A stretch of DNA of 63,658 nt, filler included. It is 13 parts of 13 records of this genome, joined end to end, with 100 filler letters (N's around TTAATTAATTAA, not from the genome) between each part and the next. Parts side by side here need not be neighbours in the genome. Positions count along the whole stretch, not along the records: positions 1 to 3,562 come from SRR15195285_4553; positions 3,663 to 7,595 come from SRR15195285_4555; positions 7,696 to 19,435 come from SRR15195285_4561; 10 more parts are not named here. One strand, given 5' to 3'. The notes beneath the pieces were generated by a model. It worked only from the letters and a program-made list of their open reading frames with translations, did no database searches and was not told the origin of the DNA. A program made the translations under genes and the position numbers. This document shows positions 1 to 10,700 of this stretch, piece after piece. How positions within the stretch are numbered: the first letter of the stretch is position 1; every line of letters begins with the position of its first letter.

Positions 1-3000
1 GCAGTCGTGGCGTTCGCTTCGAAGAACTCCGGGCAAAGTATCGCCGCCACCTCACTCAAATCTCGCTCTGTGACTAGCTCCCAGAAGCTGCGGTACTGCG
101 GCAGCTCATGAAGGCCCAAGCCGGCAGTGATCCACGTGACTGTCCACCCGGTTTCAATCCCGAAAGCCGGCCAGCCCCAGTCCGCATTGCTGCCAAACAC
201 CTCCCAGCGCGAGTAGTCGAAACCGCGAAACCACGTGCCTTCGTACTGAGGATACATGGTGCTAGCAGCCTGGATACGCGCGAGGTAGCGCGCGAGCTGC
301 TCGGCATGCTGCGCGTAATCCGTCTCGCCCGTCGCAGCGAAGGCTTCCTGCAGGTTCAACAGCAAGTAGTTCGACTCATAGAGCACGTCCGAGGCCGGGT
401 CGCCAGTCTCCTGGCAGACAGACCGCTCGCCGTTGCCGTAGCATTGGTTGTCTGTGCAAGAGCCACACAGCTGACCAAACGGAGACATCGTGCAGGTTGG
501 GGTGCCCGCCCACGTCCAGGTCTTGTTCAGTGCCGCCCAGCACTCGCGTAGTTCGGCGCGATGTGCTGGTGTGTCCTCCAGGTGAATACGCCAGGCTAGT
601 GGCAGCATCAGCCTGATGAGGTCCTCTGTGATCGACTCGGTTGCGATGATCTTGGGCCAGTTCGACATGTACGCGCTGAGGCCTTTCAGTCCTTGCGTCT
701 TGAAGAGCTCGATACCAGTGACATTATACGCCCAGAAAAAGTTCGCCCAGAGCTGTGCGATGTAGTGTGGGTTGTCCATCTGCATATTCCCTGGTGTGTT
801 GAAGTAATGCTGCCACCCGTTGCTCTCGATTGCCGTAAAATGGATCTGAGCAGGCCGGAATCCATCAGGACCAGTCGTGCGAAGCAGCGCGAAAGCCAGA
901 GACAAGATGTGAGAGTCATGTGCGTTGCTGCCAAGCAAGTTGACCGCTGCAATCGCTCCTAGAGTTATTCTCGAGTTATCGTCACTGTAGAAATTCTCGA
1001 TGGAAGACGGCCGAGGCACACGCGCCCCCGTCGAGTCACAGTTCCCTTCCGGGCACTCCTCCGGCCCCAAAGCTGCGTAGCCTTTGACGTGACCGCGCGA
1101 ATGATAGGACGAGTTGATCTGCGCCTCGGAGAGGGTGAAGAGAGTGTGCAGAAGCCCCTTGCCTGCTCGGGTGGACACATAGAGATCTATCAATGAATAG
1201 TAATGGCAGCAATGGGTCATGGGGGCTATAGTGTGCACATCGCTATCGTTTTCAAGACCATTCAGACAGATTCAACGAAGACGGTAGGTACCGATAGTGG
1301 CAAAGTGTGCAGCAGCTGTCTTGTTGCGACCAGGCAGCCACTCCAGCGCCGCGCGCACGGCGGCCGACATCGCTGCTTCGGCGTTGCAATCATCGCGGTC
1401 GCCAGCCAGCATCATCTGGGAGCCATTCGGGAATAGAACCCCGTTTGCGCCTTCGATTACACAGATAGCGTTCTCTTTGACCTCCAACGGCAGGTCTGGG
1501 CTGGTGCCACACATCTCTGCCCCTCTGTAGAAGATACTCATACCCGGGCTCGTGGTCTGATTGAAATTCATGCACGGTGCCGGCTCGCACGCTGTTGCTC
1601 CCCGTTCGTCAAAAAACCAATCCGTAGCCTTTGTCACGGCGTCGATACGAAATGTCGGCTTCAGGGTCTCGTTCGGGCCGAAGCTAGGGCCAACAGCTGG
1701 AGTCCAGATTGGCATCCGCAGATTTTTCTGCCCCGCAAACTCTTGGAGGATATAGTCCCAGACCGCGCGCCAATGGTCACGAGGTGCGTATCGATGCTTG
1801 ACTAGGTCAGAGATCTTGGTCGCCGAGACGAACACTGGCACACCGTGCGTCGTGTTCAAGGAGTAGAGAAGAGGGACATTGCCAATGCCCGGGGCAGAAG
1901 GATGTGAGACAACAGGCGGTTGCAGCGTATCGATGCCGAAAACCGCACGATCGAAGCCCGCCGCGATCGTTGAGTAGGCATGGACCTGCCCCGTTCACCA
2001 GCCTGTATCAGATATGAACATAGGGCAATTCCTCGCGCAGTATGACCAGATCTAGACAAGCAGTTGTAGTGAAGGGGAGATGGGAGGTACCACGGCATCG
2101 GTCTCGATAGAGCAGTCCAAGCTATGCCATGTGCCATTGGGGATGGAATGGCAGTACTGAGGGGCATACAGCGGCCAGCTCTCTGGTATTGTTGACTGCG
2201 CCGCGTGGTGCATGAATATACCGAGTGGCGGCATCCCGACACGCTTCCAGGCTGCTGCTACCGGCTGTGGCAGCCGCGGCGCCAGCACACCCATGTACGC
2301 GGCCGGCTGCGCACCAGTTGACGGGCGCAACGCTTGCCAGCTCTTGAGCTGGATGGCATGAAGTGTCAGCGGCTTGGTAGCATTGGGCGTAGTATTAGCA
2401 TGTCGCAGGAAAGCGCTCGTGTTTGCGCTGGGGATAAACCCATGCAACTCACCATGGAAGATCTCGCATTTTGCCTCGTCCGATACCGTGAACGCCCGGC
2501 ACCCATTGGCATGCTGGCACGCCTTCGCGCAGGCATCGACAGATTGTGGGCCCTGGCTAGAGCCCCCTGCCCAGCTGCCGCCAATTCCCGCGCGAGCAAA
2601 GCCAACGGGAGGGCAGAATAGCATCGGGAGATGCTCGGTGATATTCTCCCCACACGAGTTCGTTCCACCATATACAGGCGCTACGCCACACCCGGTGCCT
2701 GAGTACTCGGGCGCATTGGTACGATTCCATTTGCACGCCGATGCAGGATGTGTGCCATGTGGCGTCTCAAACGTGTCCCAAATAAGTTGATCGCGCACAC
2801 CGCAGTGCCGACCGTGAAAATATGTCTGAACCGGCGCGAGGTTCATGTTGCAGCTCATGGCTGCACACAGGCTTTTGTCGTGGTTCACGTAAGTGAAGTT
2901 GACAGCCATACCCGGTGCGACGGCTGCCGGGCGGGCCAAGCACGGCAAGCCGTCGCTCGTGCGGTCCTTCGGCGCAGGAGAACCGGGCGTCGCATTCCGC

Positions 3001-3338
3001 GGAAGCTCGGACGGGAACTCCAGAAAGACCTTCACACCCTTGGCCGCCGCCTGCCGCCAGAACAGATCGCGGTCGTCGGTCGCAGCGGCGAGAACGGGCG
3101 TCGCAAGCTGTTCGTGGGGGTAACCATCGGCCAGGAAGAGGATGGTGTCGCCCGTCGCCGAGTCGCGCAGCGCGGCGTCCGGGCTCGGGGCGCGCCGGAT
3201 GCCGGCGGAGCCGTGCTCTGAACGAAGCAGGGAGACCACGTCGTTGTCCATGTCATCGGTGACGAAGATGAGGCTCGACGAGTCCCCAGGCCTTGGTGGG
3301 CAGAACAGCAGTGGGAGCAGCGCAGCAGCAGCCCGCAT
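1..3338 (-). CDS. Secreted uncharacterised (alpha/alpha)-barrel / six-hairpin-glycosidase-like protein with an inserted PAN/apple-like module; 3 exons, 3' end runs off the window
   Basis: Signal-like start MRAAAALLPLLFCPP (ATG 3338). GT-AG introns 1986-2090 and 1163-1291 join ORFs 2052-3545 and 1272-1859 to an unlisted open frame 1162->1 (FYSDDNSR, PHYIAQLWANFFWAY, RLMLPLAW, GDPASDVLY, WFRGFDYSRWE, GIETGW). PAN-like CAKACQHANGCRAFT in exon 1. Confidence 0.75.
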
Positions 3339-3562
3339 ACGCGCTAAGGCCCAAGTTACGTAGCACTGTCGATCCGTCAACAACGAGACGGTGCGATACG
3401 TAGCTGACGGATGATCTAGGAGCGGAGACGGTCGACCACGCGAGAGTTCACGCTGCATCGGCTCTTCAGACGCCGCGCACGCGGCGCGCACGACACTGCT
3501 ACTACTGTAGTAAACCCCGATATAGAGGGTCGTGGTACCAAGCACAGTGCCCAGATTGAAAA

Positions 3563-3662
3563 NNNNNNNNNNNNNNNNNNNNNNNNNNNNNNNNNNNNNN
3601 NNNNNNTTAATTAATTAANNNNNNNNNNNNNNNNNNNNNNNNNNNNNNNNNNNNNNNNNNNN
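3563..3662. other. Artificial contig linker (44N-TTAATTAATTAA-44N, stops in all six frames); first of 12
   Basis: Identical 100-nt linkers at 3563-3662, 7596-7695, 19436-19535, 23610-23709, 29177-29276, 33193-33292, 36365-36464, 41485-41584, 46137-46236, 50087-50186, 56316-56415, 60493-60592. Confidence 0.99.
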
Positions 3663-3940
3663 CACTGATGCAGTCTCATCGACACCGCCGGCAGACCCGG
3701 GTTAGCGGGTTAGGTAGTCGGTGTACACTAGATCTAGTACTGTGTAGTCTGTAGACGCGCGTGGGCGAGTCCAACTGTGGACTCTGCTAGCGCACTGTAA
3801 CGTAGCTAAGGTAGCCCTCTTCAAGATCTGCAGTCGATACTCGCGCTCGGTTACTATATTATCATAGTCATACTCGCTCGAGAGATCTCATCGAGGAGAT
3901 ACATCTGCAATAGCAGAGCAGATAGCAGGCGATCCACGCG

Positions 3941-5281
3941 ATGGGTGCAGCCCTCGGCTCGGAAGAGCAGCAGCCCGATGAGCGAACTGATAGCGATGAT
4001 GCAACTGGGGCTACTGGGGCGGTGGCGCCCGAACGCAAGAAAATCAGCCCACCGCCCCACCCAGGCCTGCTTGAGCTACAGCACCGCTTTGGCCTCCAAC
4101 CGACCGAAGCAACGCTGACAGGCGGGACGCGTGGTGTTGCGTTGAGCGCAACCCAGCCACCCACAGCCAGCGACGTGAGCATAAGGCAGGGTGTGCTCAC
4201 CCCCGTAGACTGCTGCGTGCTCAGCTTGGGAATGCCCCCGCCTCGCACAGTACCTACCACGGAGCCAGAGCAGCAACTACAGCCACTACCACCGCCGCCG
4301 CCACCATCGGAGACCGGAGGCGCAGCTGACGGACCACCAAGCGACCCGGACGAGATGCGAGTGTGGCTACAAGCCCAGATGGGTGGCAGTCCTCCAGCTG
4401 CCCCGGAACCGGAGCCAGAGTCGAAGCCCGAGTCGGAGTCGGAGCCCGAAACTGAAACAGTGCCAGAAGCTGTACCACCAGGCAAACCTAGCATCATTGA
4501 TGGATGGGAAAAGCTGTACGACTCGTACGAAGCGGGGACCGCCCTGCATACCTTCGGGCGTGGGATCGCCGGATATGACGGGCCGAGCTTGCTCGTGCTA
4601 CGAGTGCGCCAGCAGTCAAGCAGCTCGACTCCTGCGACAGGGGTGATCGGCGCATACGTGGACGAACCGTGGCGCATCGGCGAGAAGTTCTTCGGTGGCA
4701 ACGGCTCGTTCCTCTTCGGCATGGTGGAACGCGAGCAGCACGACGAGCATGAGACGGAGCACTGTCGTATGTTCCCAGCAACAAGCTCCGATAAAGCTGC
4801 ACCCGGAAACGTCGGCTACCTCTGCACCGAACCGAGGCGCTCGGGGGGGGCGGATCGTGGTGTTGGGTTTGGAGGCAAGAGCAGCCGGCCAGGAAAGGCC
4901 ACCTGCAGACTCTGGATCGACTCAGACCTGTGCCGTGGGCACCTGAGCCTTGATCCTCGGTTGTGCACTTCATTCGCAGCTGGTGACCTTCTCTGGTGGT
5001 CTGAAACTGCGCCCAGTGGGCTCACACGCGACTTTGAAATCTTACGCATCGAAGCCTGGGGCTGCAGTGATGACGCCGTGGGCAGCCTGCGGAAGCGAGA
5101 CGAGGAGCGTCGCCGAAAAGAGGCCGCAGCTGCTCGCGCTCGTAAGGTAGACGTGCGAAATTTTGTAGACGCAGAAACTGGGCGGCTGGACAGTGGCACC
5201 TCAGCGCTGCTGAGTGGTGGCGAGTTCGGCGTCAAGGACGCGGCCGACTTGACCAAACAGACACTTCAGAGCCAAAGATGA
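3941..5281 (+). CDS. TLDc-domain protein (MEAK7/Rtc5-like C-terminal domain)
   Basis: LYDSYEAGTALHTF...GYDGPSLLVL...GVIGAYVDEPW...FFGGNGSFLF...GFGG...LWIDSDL...IEAWG is a TLDc signature. Low-complexity Pro/Glu N-terminus. Confidence 0.85.
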   Translation: MGAALGSEEQQPDERTDSDDATGATGAVAPERKKISPPPHPGLLELQHRFGLQPTEATLTGGTRGVALSATQPPTASDVSIRQGVLTPVDCCVLSLGMPPPRTVPTTEPEQQLQPLPPPPPPSETGGAADGPPSDPDEMRVWLQAQMGGSPPAAPEPEPESKPESESEPETETVPEAVPPGKPSIIDGWEKLYDSYEAGTALHTFGRGIAGYDGPSLLVLRVRQQSSSSTPATGVIGAYVDEPWRIGEKFFGGNGSFLFGMVEREQHDEHETEHCRMFPATSSDKAAPGNVGYLCTEPRRSGGADRGVGFGGKSSRPGKATCRLWIDSDLCRGHLSLDPRLCTSFAAGDLLWWSETAPSGLTRDFEILRIEAWGCSDDAVGSLRKRDEERRRKEAAAARARKVDVRNFVDAETGRLDSGTSALLSGGEFGVKDAADLTKQTLQSQR

Positions 5282-5465
5282 ACAGTGTACCCCTGTTGAT
5301 AGGGCACGCAAATAATAGCAACGGGGTGCGGAGAAATCACTGAGTATTGTGACTTGTAGATAAGACTGGAATGTATAAACCAGAAGATGATCGTTGGTGC
5401 AATATATTGCGCCATATAGTCACAGTCAGAATTCTTGACACGTCCAAATGTCTCGCAGCGCAGGA

Positions 5466-7595
5466 CTAGCGTGCGACTGGAGCACAGGCTAGCAGCTCCC
5501 GTACTAAAAGCTGAACAGGCATATTGAGCTCTTTGCGCTCACGAGACATCATTGGCACCCGTGTTGCTGAATCCACAGATCCGTTCGCCGTAGTGCCACC
5601 CTGGTGAATTGACATGGCATCTGATTCAGCTGTAGCTCTCGCGCCCATGTCCTCTGACTCATTAAGGTCACGCGTACGGCTGAACGTGTTTGAATCGGTA
5701 GTATTCGCAGCGCCAGTAGCGCCACCAGTTGCGTTTTGCGTGATGCGCTTAGCTTTCATCAGACCTGTACAGATACGGCTGCGGGCAAAGTCTGCAAGAA
5801 GACGCCGTTCATGTTGCTCGTGACAATCACGGTGCGATTCAGACTTGTGAAATCCTGTCGGTTTCTGCATCTGTGGCAGTGCACATTCATCGCTGTTGCT
5901 ATTGTAATGGCGCGCGACAGTAGCCATGTCACGATTGTGATGCTGAGACTGAGAGTCAGTCCCAAGCAACAGATCGACCGCCGTGGTAAGTCTCAGCTGC
6001 TGCATCTTGATCGAGTGCGCTACAAGTATTTTGCCACTCGCTGTCACCCACACTACGCACCCAACAGGGCTGCCATTACTGCCATTAAGACCGATGTGCC
6101 CAGTAACACACGCGACGACTGGCTGACCAGCTGTAGTCCAGAGCTCCTCCCCTGAAGGAGCGGAGATGAAGACTGTGGATCCGTCGTGAGCGCACGCGAC
6201 CACTGTTGGCAGAGATGCACGCTGAACTACCACCTGATCCGTCTGAGGCTCCTCAACAATTTCTGATTCTCTATACTGCTCATCTGGGTCTCTTTGGTCT
6301 GTGTCCAACTCGAGGCGAAGATGCGACACCATGTCCGGCTTGCCAGCATTTGCAGTGCCTCCATCCCGATTTGGTGAGATGATGCTACTGTTATCTGTTG
6401 TCATCGACCGAGCGGCTGCGGCGAGGGCAACTCTTTTTCGCTCCTGGCGTAGGTCCGCTAAGGCTGCGGATGGTGCTGCATCTCGACAAGCGACACCAGC
6501 TGCGGTTTGTGTGGCAGAAGTCGCTGTCTCTGAAGCTGCTTCCTCGTCATTCATACCTTGCTGTTGCTCCTGTTGCTCGAGACTGCCATTCAAGCTGGTC
6601 TCATCATCATCAAGACCCAGATCCAAGTCAAGCAATCCCACCGCACAGAATTCTGCCCACAAACCTTGACGCCACATAAGCTCGCCAGATGCCTGCCGTG
6701 CAGCCGCCAGCGCAGCTGCTACTTCTCCGTTGGTCTGTCTTCGTAATCTTTGCTGTTGGCGCTGCTGCCTGCGTTCCCAGTTTCCGATCCTCTGCTGCTG
6801 CTCAGCCTGCCCAGCACCTGAGAATGGTCGAACCTTAGGTAATCCAACAGCAGGTGTTTCCGCTTTCGTCACACTGGCTGCATCAGCAGCTGCTAGCTCC
6901 TGCTGCTGGCGCCTCTGGTGCAGCTCTTGCTGGGCTTTTGCACGAATATCTGCTAGTTTGACCCGTCCGGCATTCATTTTGCTTGAGTTGGATGCTGCTG
7001 CATTTGCAACTGCGTCGGTTGGACGAGGTGTGCCTGACATAGCCATGCTCGTCATTGTAGGCGTACTCACGTCATCATATCTGCTAGCGTAGCGTGGTGT
7101 GTCGCCCCCAAATTGGTGAACATCTCCTGTTTCATCGCTGCCACCGCCAAATCTTGCTGCCGCTTCAGTTAAGGTGTCGCTGTCAGTAGAGTGTCTCGCA
7201 CGCATGACACTGGTCGTTTGCACTGTCCTGTCTCTGAACACGACAGCGATTGATCCTTGGAGTGATGCCAGTGCTGTTATCCCACCTTTTTGTGCTAGCC
7301 CCTCCGTGTTGCTGCCCCCACATCCGGCGTTTGGTGTAGTTGTGGGGTACGAGCTGGTTCCGACCCACGTCTCCAAAGCTGCTGTAGTCCTCAATGCTGC
7401 TCCTGAGTTGCTATCGTGACTGTGGTCGCGATCTTTGCCATCGAGGACATCAAAGGGGGAGTGGTGGGGAGCAGGGGGTATCAGCGGAACAGCCCGGACT
7501 ACACCCAACCGAATATTGCCACCGACATCGTCGCCACTTTCAGCCCGGACCTGCTCTGTCTCGATATCTTGCTGCTGCTGCTGCTGCTGCTGCTG
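5466..7595 (-). CDS. 5'-truncated low-complexity protein with an ITFG2 (KICSTOR subunit)-like C-terminal segment
   Basis: The ORF is open to the contig end at a (CAG)n repeat. VVACAHDGSTVFI...VVACVTGHIG...CVVWVTASGKILV resembles the ITFG2 C-terminal blades (from memory, not searched). Confidence 0.45.
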   Translation of the reverse strand, partial: QQQQQQQQQDIETEQVRAESGDDVGGNIRLGVVRAVPLIPPAPHHSPFDVLDGKDRDHSHDSNSGAALRTTAALETWVGTSSYPTTTPNAGCGGSNTEGLAQKGGITALASLQGSIAVVFRDRTVQTTSVMRARHSTDSDTLTEAAARFGGGSDETGDVHQFGGDTPRYASRYDDVSTPTMTSMAMSGTPRPTDAVANAAASNSSKMNAGRVKLADIRAKAQQELHQRRQQQELAAADAASVTKAETPAVGLPKVRPFSGAGQAEQQQRIGNWERRQQRQQQRLRRQTNGEVAAALAAARQASGELMWRQGLWAEFCAVGLLDLDLGLDDDETSLNGSLEQQEQQQGMNDEEAASETATSATQTAAGVACRDAAPSAALADLRQERKRVALAAAARSMTTDNSSIISPNRDGGTANAGKPDMVSHLRLELDTDQRDPDEQYRESEIVEEPQTDQVVVQRASLPTVVACAHDGSTVFISAPSGEELWTTAGQPVVACVTGHIGLNGSNGSPVGCVVWVTASGKILVAHSIKMQQLRLTTAVDLLLGTDSQSQHHNRDMATVARHYNSNSDECALPQMQKPTGFHKSESHRDCHEQHERRLLADFARSRICTGLMKAKRITQNATGGATGAANTTDSNTFSRTRDLNESEDMGARATAESDAMSIHQGGTTANGSVDSATRVPMMSRERKELNMPVQLLVRELLACAPVAR

Positions 7596-7695
7596 NNNNN
7601 NNNNNNNNNNNNNNNNNNNNNNNNNNNNNNNNNNNNNNNTTAATTAATTAANNNNNNNNNNNNNNNNNNNNNNNNNNNNNNNNNNNNNNNNNNNN

Positions 7696-7716
7696 GGGCA
7701 TAAGGCCCTTATGCCC
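7696..7716. repeat. Palindrome GGGCATAAGG-C-CCTTATGCCC (near-copy at 27779-27800)
   Basis: 10-bp perfect arms with a 1-nt spacer; second copy GGACATAAGGCCCTTTATGCCC on another contig. Confidence 0.9.
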
Positions 7717-7768
7717 GGTGTCAGTGGCAATCATCACCCATGCACACACTAAGCCTACCGCTTCAACC

Positions 7769-10700
7769 TCATCGCTCAGTACAGTCAACGGCTAGCCGTT
7801 GCAGACCAAACGCAGACCGTCGCTCTTTTGCAAGCTGTCGATATGGTTTCGCAACGAACACCATCAGCTTCGAACCTGCAGTCTTCCACCCGACAACGCA
7901 CTCCAGTCCGAGGCCGAGGCTTGATCCGGGTACAGAACACGATTCAGCCTCAAACTCGTGACTACCTGCCACTGTGTAGATGACACAACCTCCAGTCATT
8001 ACCGACAGCGCCTTTTGCGTCGTGCTCCCTAGCGCTTCTACCGAGCAAATCTCTCCCAAGGCTAACTGGACGAACTCCGCCACATTGCTGGTTTGCACGA
8101 TCCGTGGCGCGGTCTTGCTCAGGATCCAGCTCGCACTTCCATCCACAAGACGGTGGGTGCAGCCTGCCTGACAGTCTTCGCTACCTTGAGTAACAGCAGC
8201 CCGAGCAGAAGACGGCACGATGACGAGTGCTCCAACACGTACAACCAGTATTTTCAAAGAAGCCAGAGTGGCTGCCGCCTGTGTAACACAGCACGCAGTT
8301 CTGGTTGTCAAGTCTTCCTGGATCCGTGTGGGTAAGTCGACGAATTAGAGATACGATGCCAAACGAAATCCAATTATGGAATTGGCCAATTCTCACCTCA
8401 GTCGCAGCATACACAGAACCAAGGCCTCCATTTTGTCCTGCGGTGTCTTGGTTTGTCAAGAAGATGCATCCATCAACCGGTGCTGCTAAAGACGCATCGA
8501 TCCCGAAGAAGCTACGCACAGATCGCCAGCTTGGGAGCTCAGCACATGCCACTATCCCACCGACACCTCCAGCTAATGTATTTCGCAAGGTAACGGGAAC
8601 CGAGAACGCCCCACGTTTGGATGTTGTGGTGGGCTGTGTGTCGACTGCCTTCGAAGCAAGACTATCGACGTTCTGACTTTTCGGGTAGAGGTCAGACACA
8701 TCAACTGTTAATGAGCCAACCCTCTTGAGCACCGCCACAAAGCACCCATCGCTGTCGTTGTCCTGTGGGAGGAGCCGTGCGCATTTAAGCAGAGATCCCG
8801 CAATGTTCACGTCCTCTGGCGGAAAAAAACTTTTCAACGCAGTCGAGCCAGCTTCCACAGCTTCCTTGTGTGACAAATACCAAGGGCCAAACGAAGCACC
8901 CGTGGAAGCCGAACCCGAGCTCGGCCATTCACCAGCAACAGGAACAGTGGCATTCAGATCCTGCCTCCAGCTGGGATGAGCAAGATTCGGGACCCGCCAG
9001 TCTGTCATACCGCCACGAACCTTCAGCCCTCTCGATGTGGACGGACTATCGTCGCAGTCGCGGTCACCGCGATCGTTTACGAGCAGAAAAGATCCATCAG
9101 TCGAGTCCACCGACTCAAGCACAACACTGCTGCCACACAGTTCCAACACAGCGCCGATGACAGCTTCGCATTCCAAGGGGTTGAACGAACGCGCCGAGTA
9201 AACCACAACTCCATCAACTTGCAGAAGGTGCAGCGACCGAATCAAGCTCCCTAGCTGACGCTTATGGAGTCTCATAGCTGTCCGCGGCTCCCAGTCACGA
9301 CAGGCTGAAGAGCCGGCACCGTTCTTACGAAACTGCGCGTCCGCAGAGCATGGCACTTGTAAAAGTACTCCGTTATACCCTGCAGGAGGAATCGGAAAAG
9401 CCTCGGCTTTGGAGGCACAAAGAACGAGCGGTGAGAGTGACCGGCGGCTTTCCGGCAATCCTGCGTCTTGCAAAACCATCCAGCATCGTGATAGCTCCTG
9501 CTCATTGGAAACGAGCAGCCGTTTCGCTTGTGGTGTGTACTTTGATGCTGCAGCCTTGGCACCGTCGGCACTGTAGTCTCCACCATCCCATAAACAATCG
9601 AGGAGACGACCTGTGCCAACGCCGGGTGCCAGATGTGGTGGTGCCGCACATAGATCTATCACTCGCTCTACCGCGGATCCACATTGTCGCAGTAGCGCTA
9701 CTACTGGTAGCATATCAGCCAGGTCTTCTTTCCGCACTTGCCCTGTTCGCTGCCGCTTGACAACCCAGTCACGGAGTGCGCCCAACTGTGGCTCTGACCG
9801 CAGCTCCGACCGCGACGCAACAAACCGCCAGCTACGCCCCCCGTCAGCTGTCCACTCTAAGCGTCGCAGCCCTGCAGCACTAGCCGCTGCCTCCGCTGGC
9901 AGGATCAGGTCCCCAAAAGTTGCAAGCAGCTCTTGGCCAGTGGCTGCGGCCGCAGCCGCACCTCCACAGACACGGAAGCAAAACCCTCTATGTGGTGCAA
10001 GCAGGCGGCGCTCAAAGGCATCCCAGTCCTCAACACCCCGTGGCCGTACGCCTTTGTAGAACGACTCAAAACGCCTCGGAAGCGTCGTGGCTTCAACCTG
10101 GCGCTGCTGTCTGCTCAATCGCTCTGGTTTCTTTCGTTTCATACCGGGCTCATTACCAGCAGGGCCATGCATGCCACCACAGTCGGTAGCGTCGGCGTGA
10201 GCTGAGGCCAAGGCTGTCGGAACGGTCGACGGTGCCCGTGAATCCTGTGGCTTTCGAGCGGCAAACCAGCTCAGCGGCCTCCCGTCCGAGCAGGGCCGTA
10301 CTTCATCCATCAGCACGTCCCATCCCACAAACAATTCGCGCAACTCTCCCTTGCGTAGCAAATGCTCTGGCTTACGTGGTCGTCCGAACGCTTCGCAGCC
10401 AACCATAAATGTGTGGTAAATAATGAAGCCTCCCGGGGCAACGCAGTGATCCCGCAAGACCGGAAGCAGCGGACGGTGCAGAAATCTCCCGATGTGAACA
10501 ATGTCAGCAGGCTTCGCTGGCAACCACTCGGCCGGCGCGCCGACGCAGACATCCATCTGACGGAATGTGCACGATTGAGCGACGTCGCAACGCGATGCAA
10601 GATCCCGTGCGCGGACCAGCTGCTTCTCAAGATAGTCCACACCAGTGACAGTGAACCCCCCACGCATAGCTAGAAAGATGCAATCGCGCCCGGTGCCGCA

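Noticed and set aside
3563-3662. Regularly recurring TTAATTAATTAA flanked by Ns as a biological repeat
   Set aside because: Fixed 44+12+44 structure with stops in six frames marks an assembly concatenation linker. Adjacency across linkers carries no synteny information.
3697-3715. Telomere-like words (GGGTTAG x2 here; TAACCCTAAA near 47578)
   Set aside because: Only one or two degenerate units; not an array.
7570-7595. Join of contig 2 end (CTG)n to contig 13 start (CAG)n
   Set aside because: Orientations are incompatible: both are genes missing sequence upstream of a poly-CAG tract.
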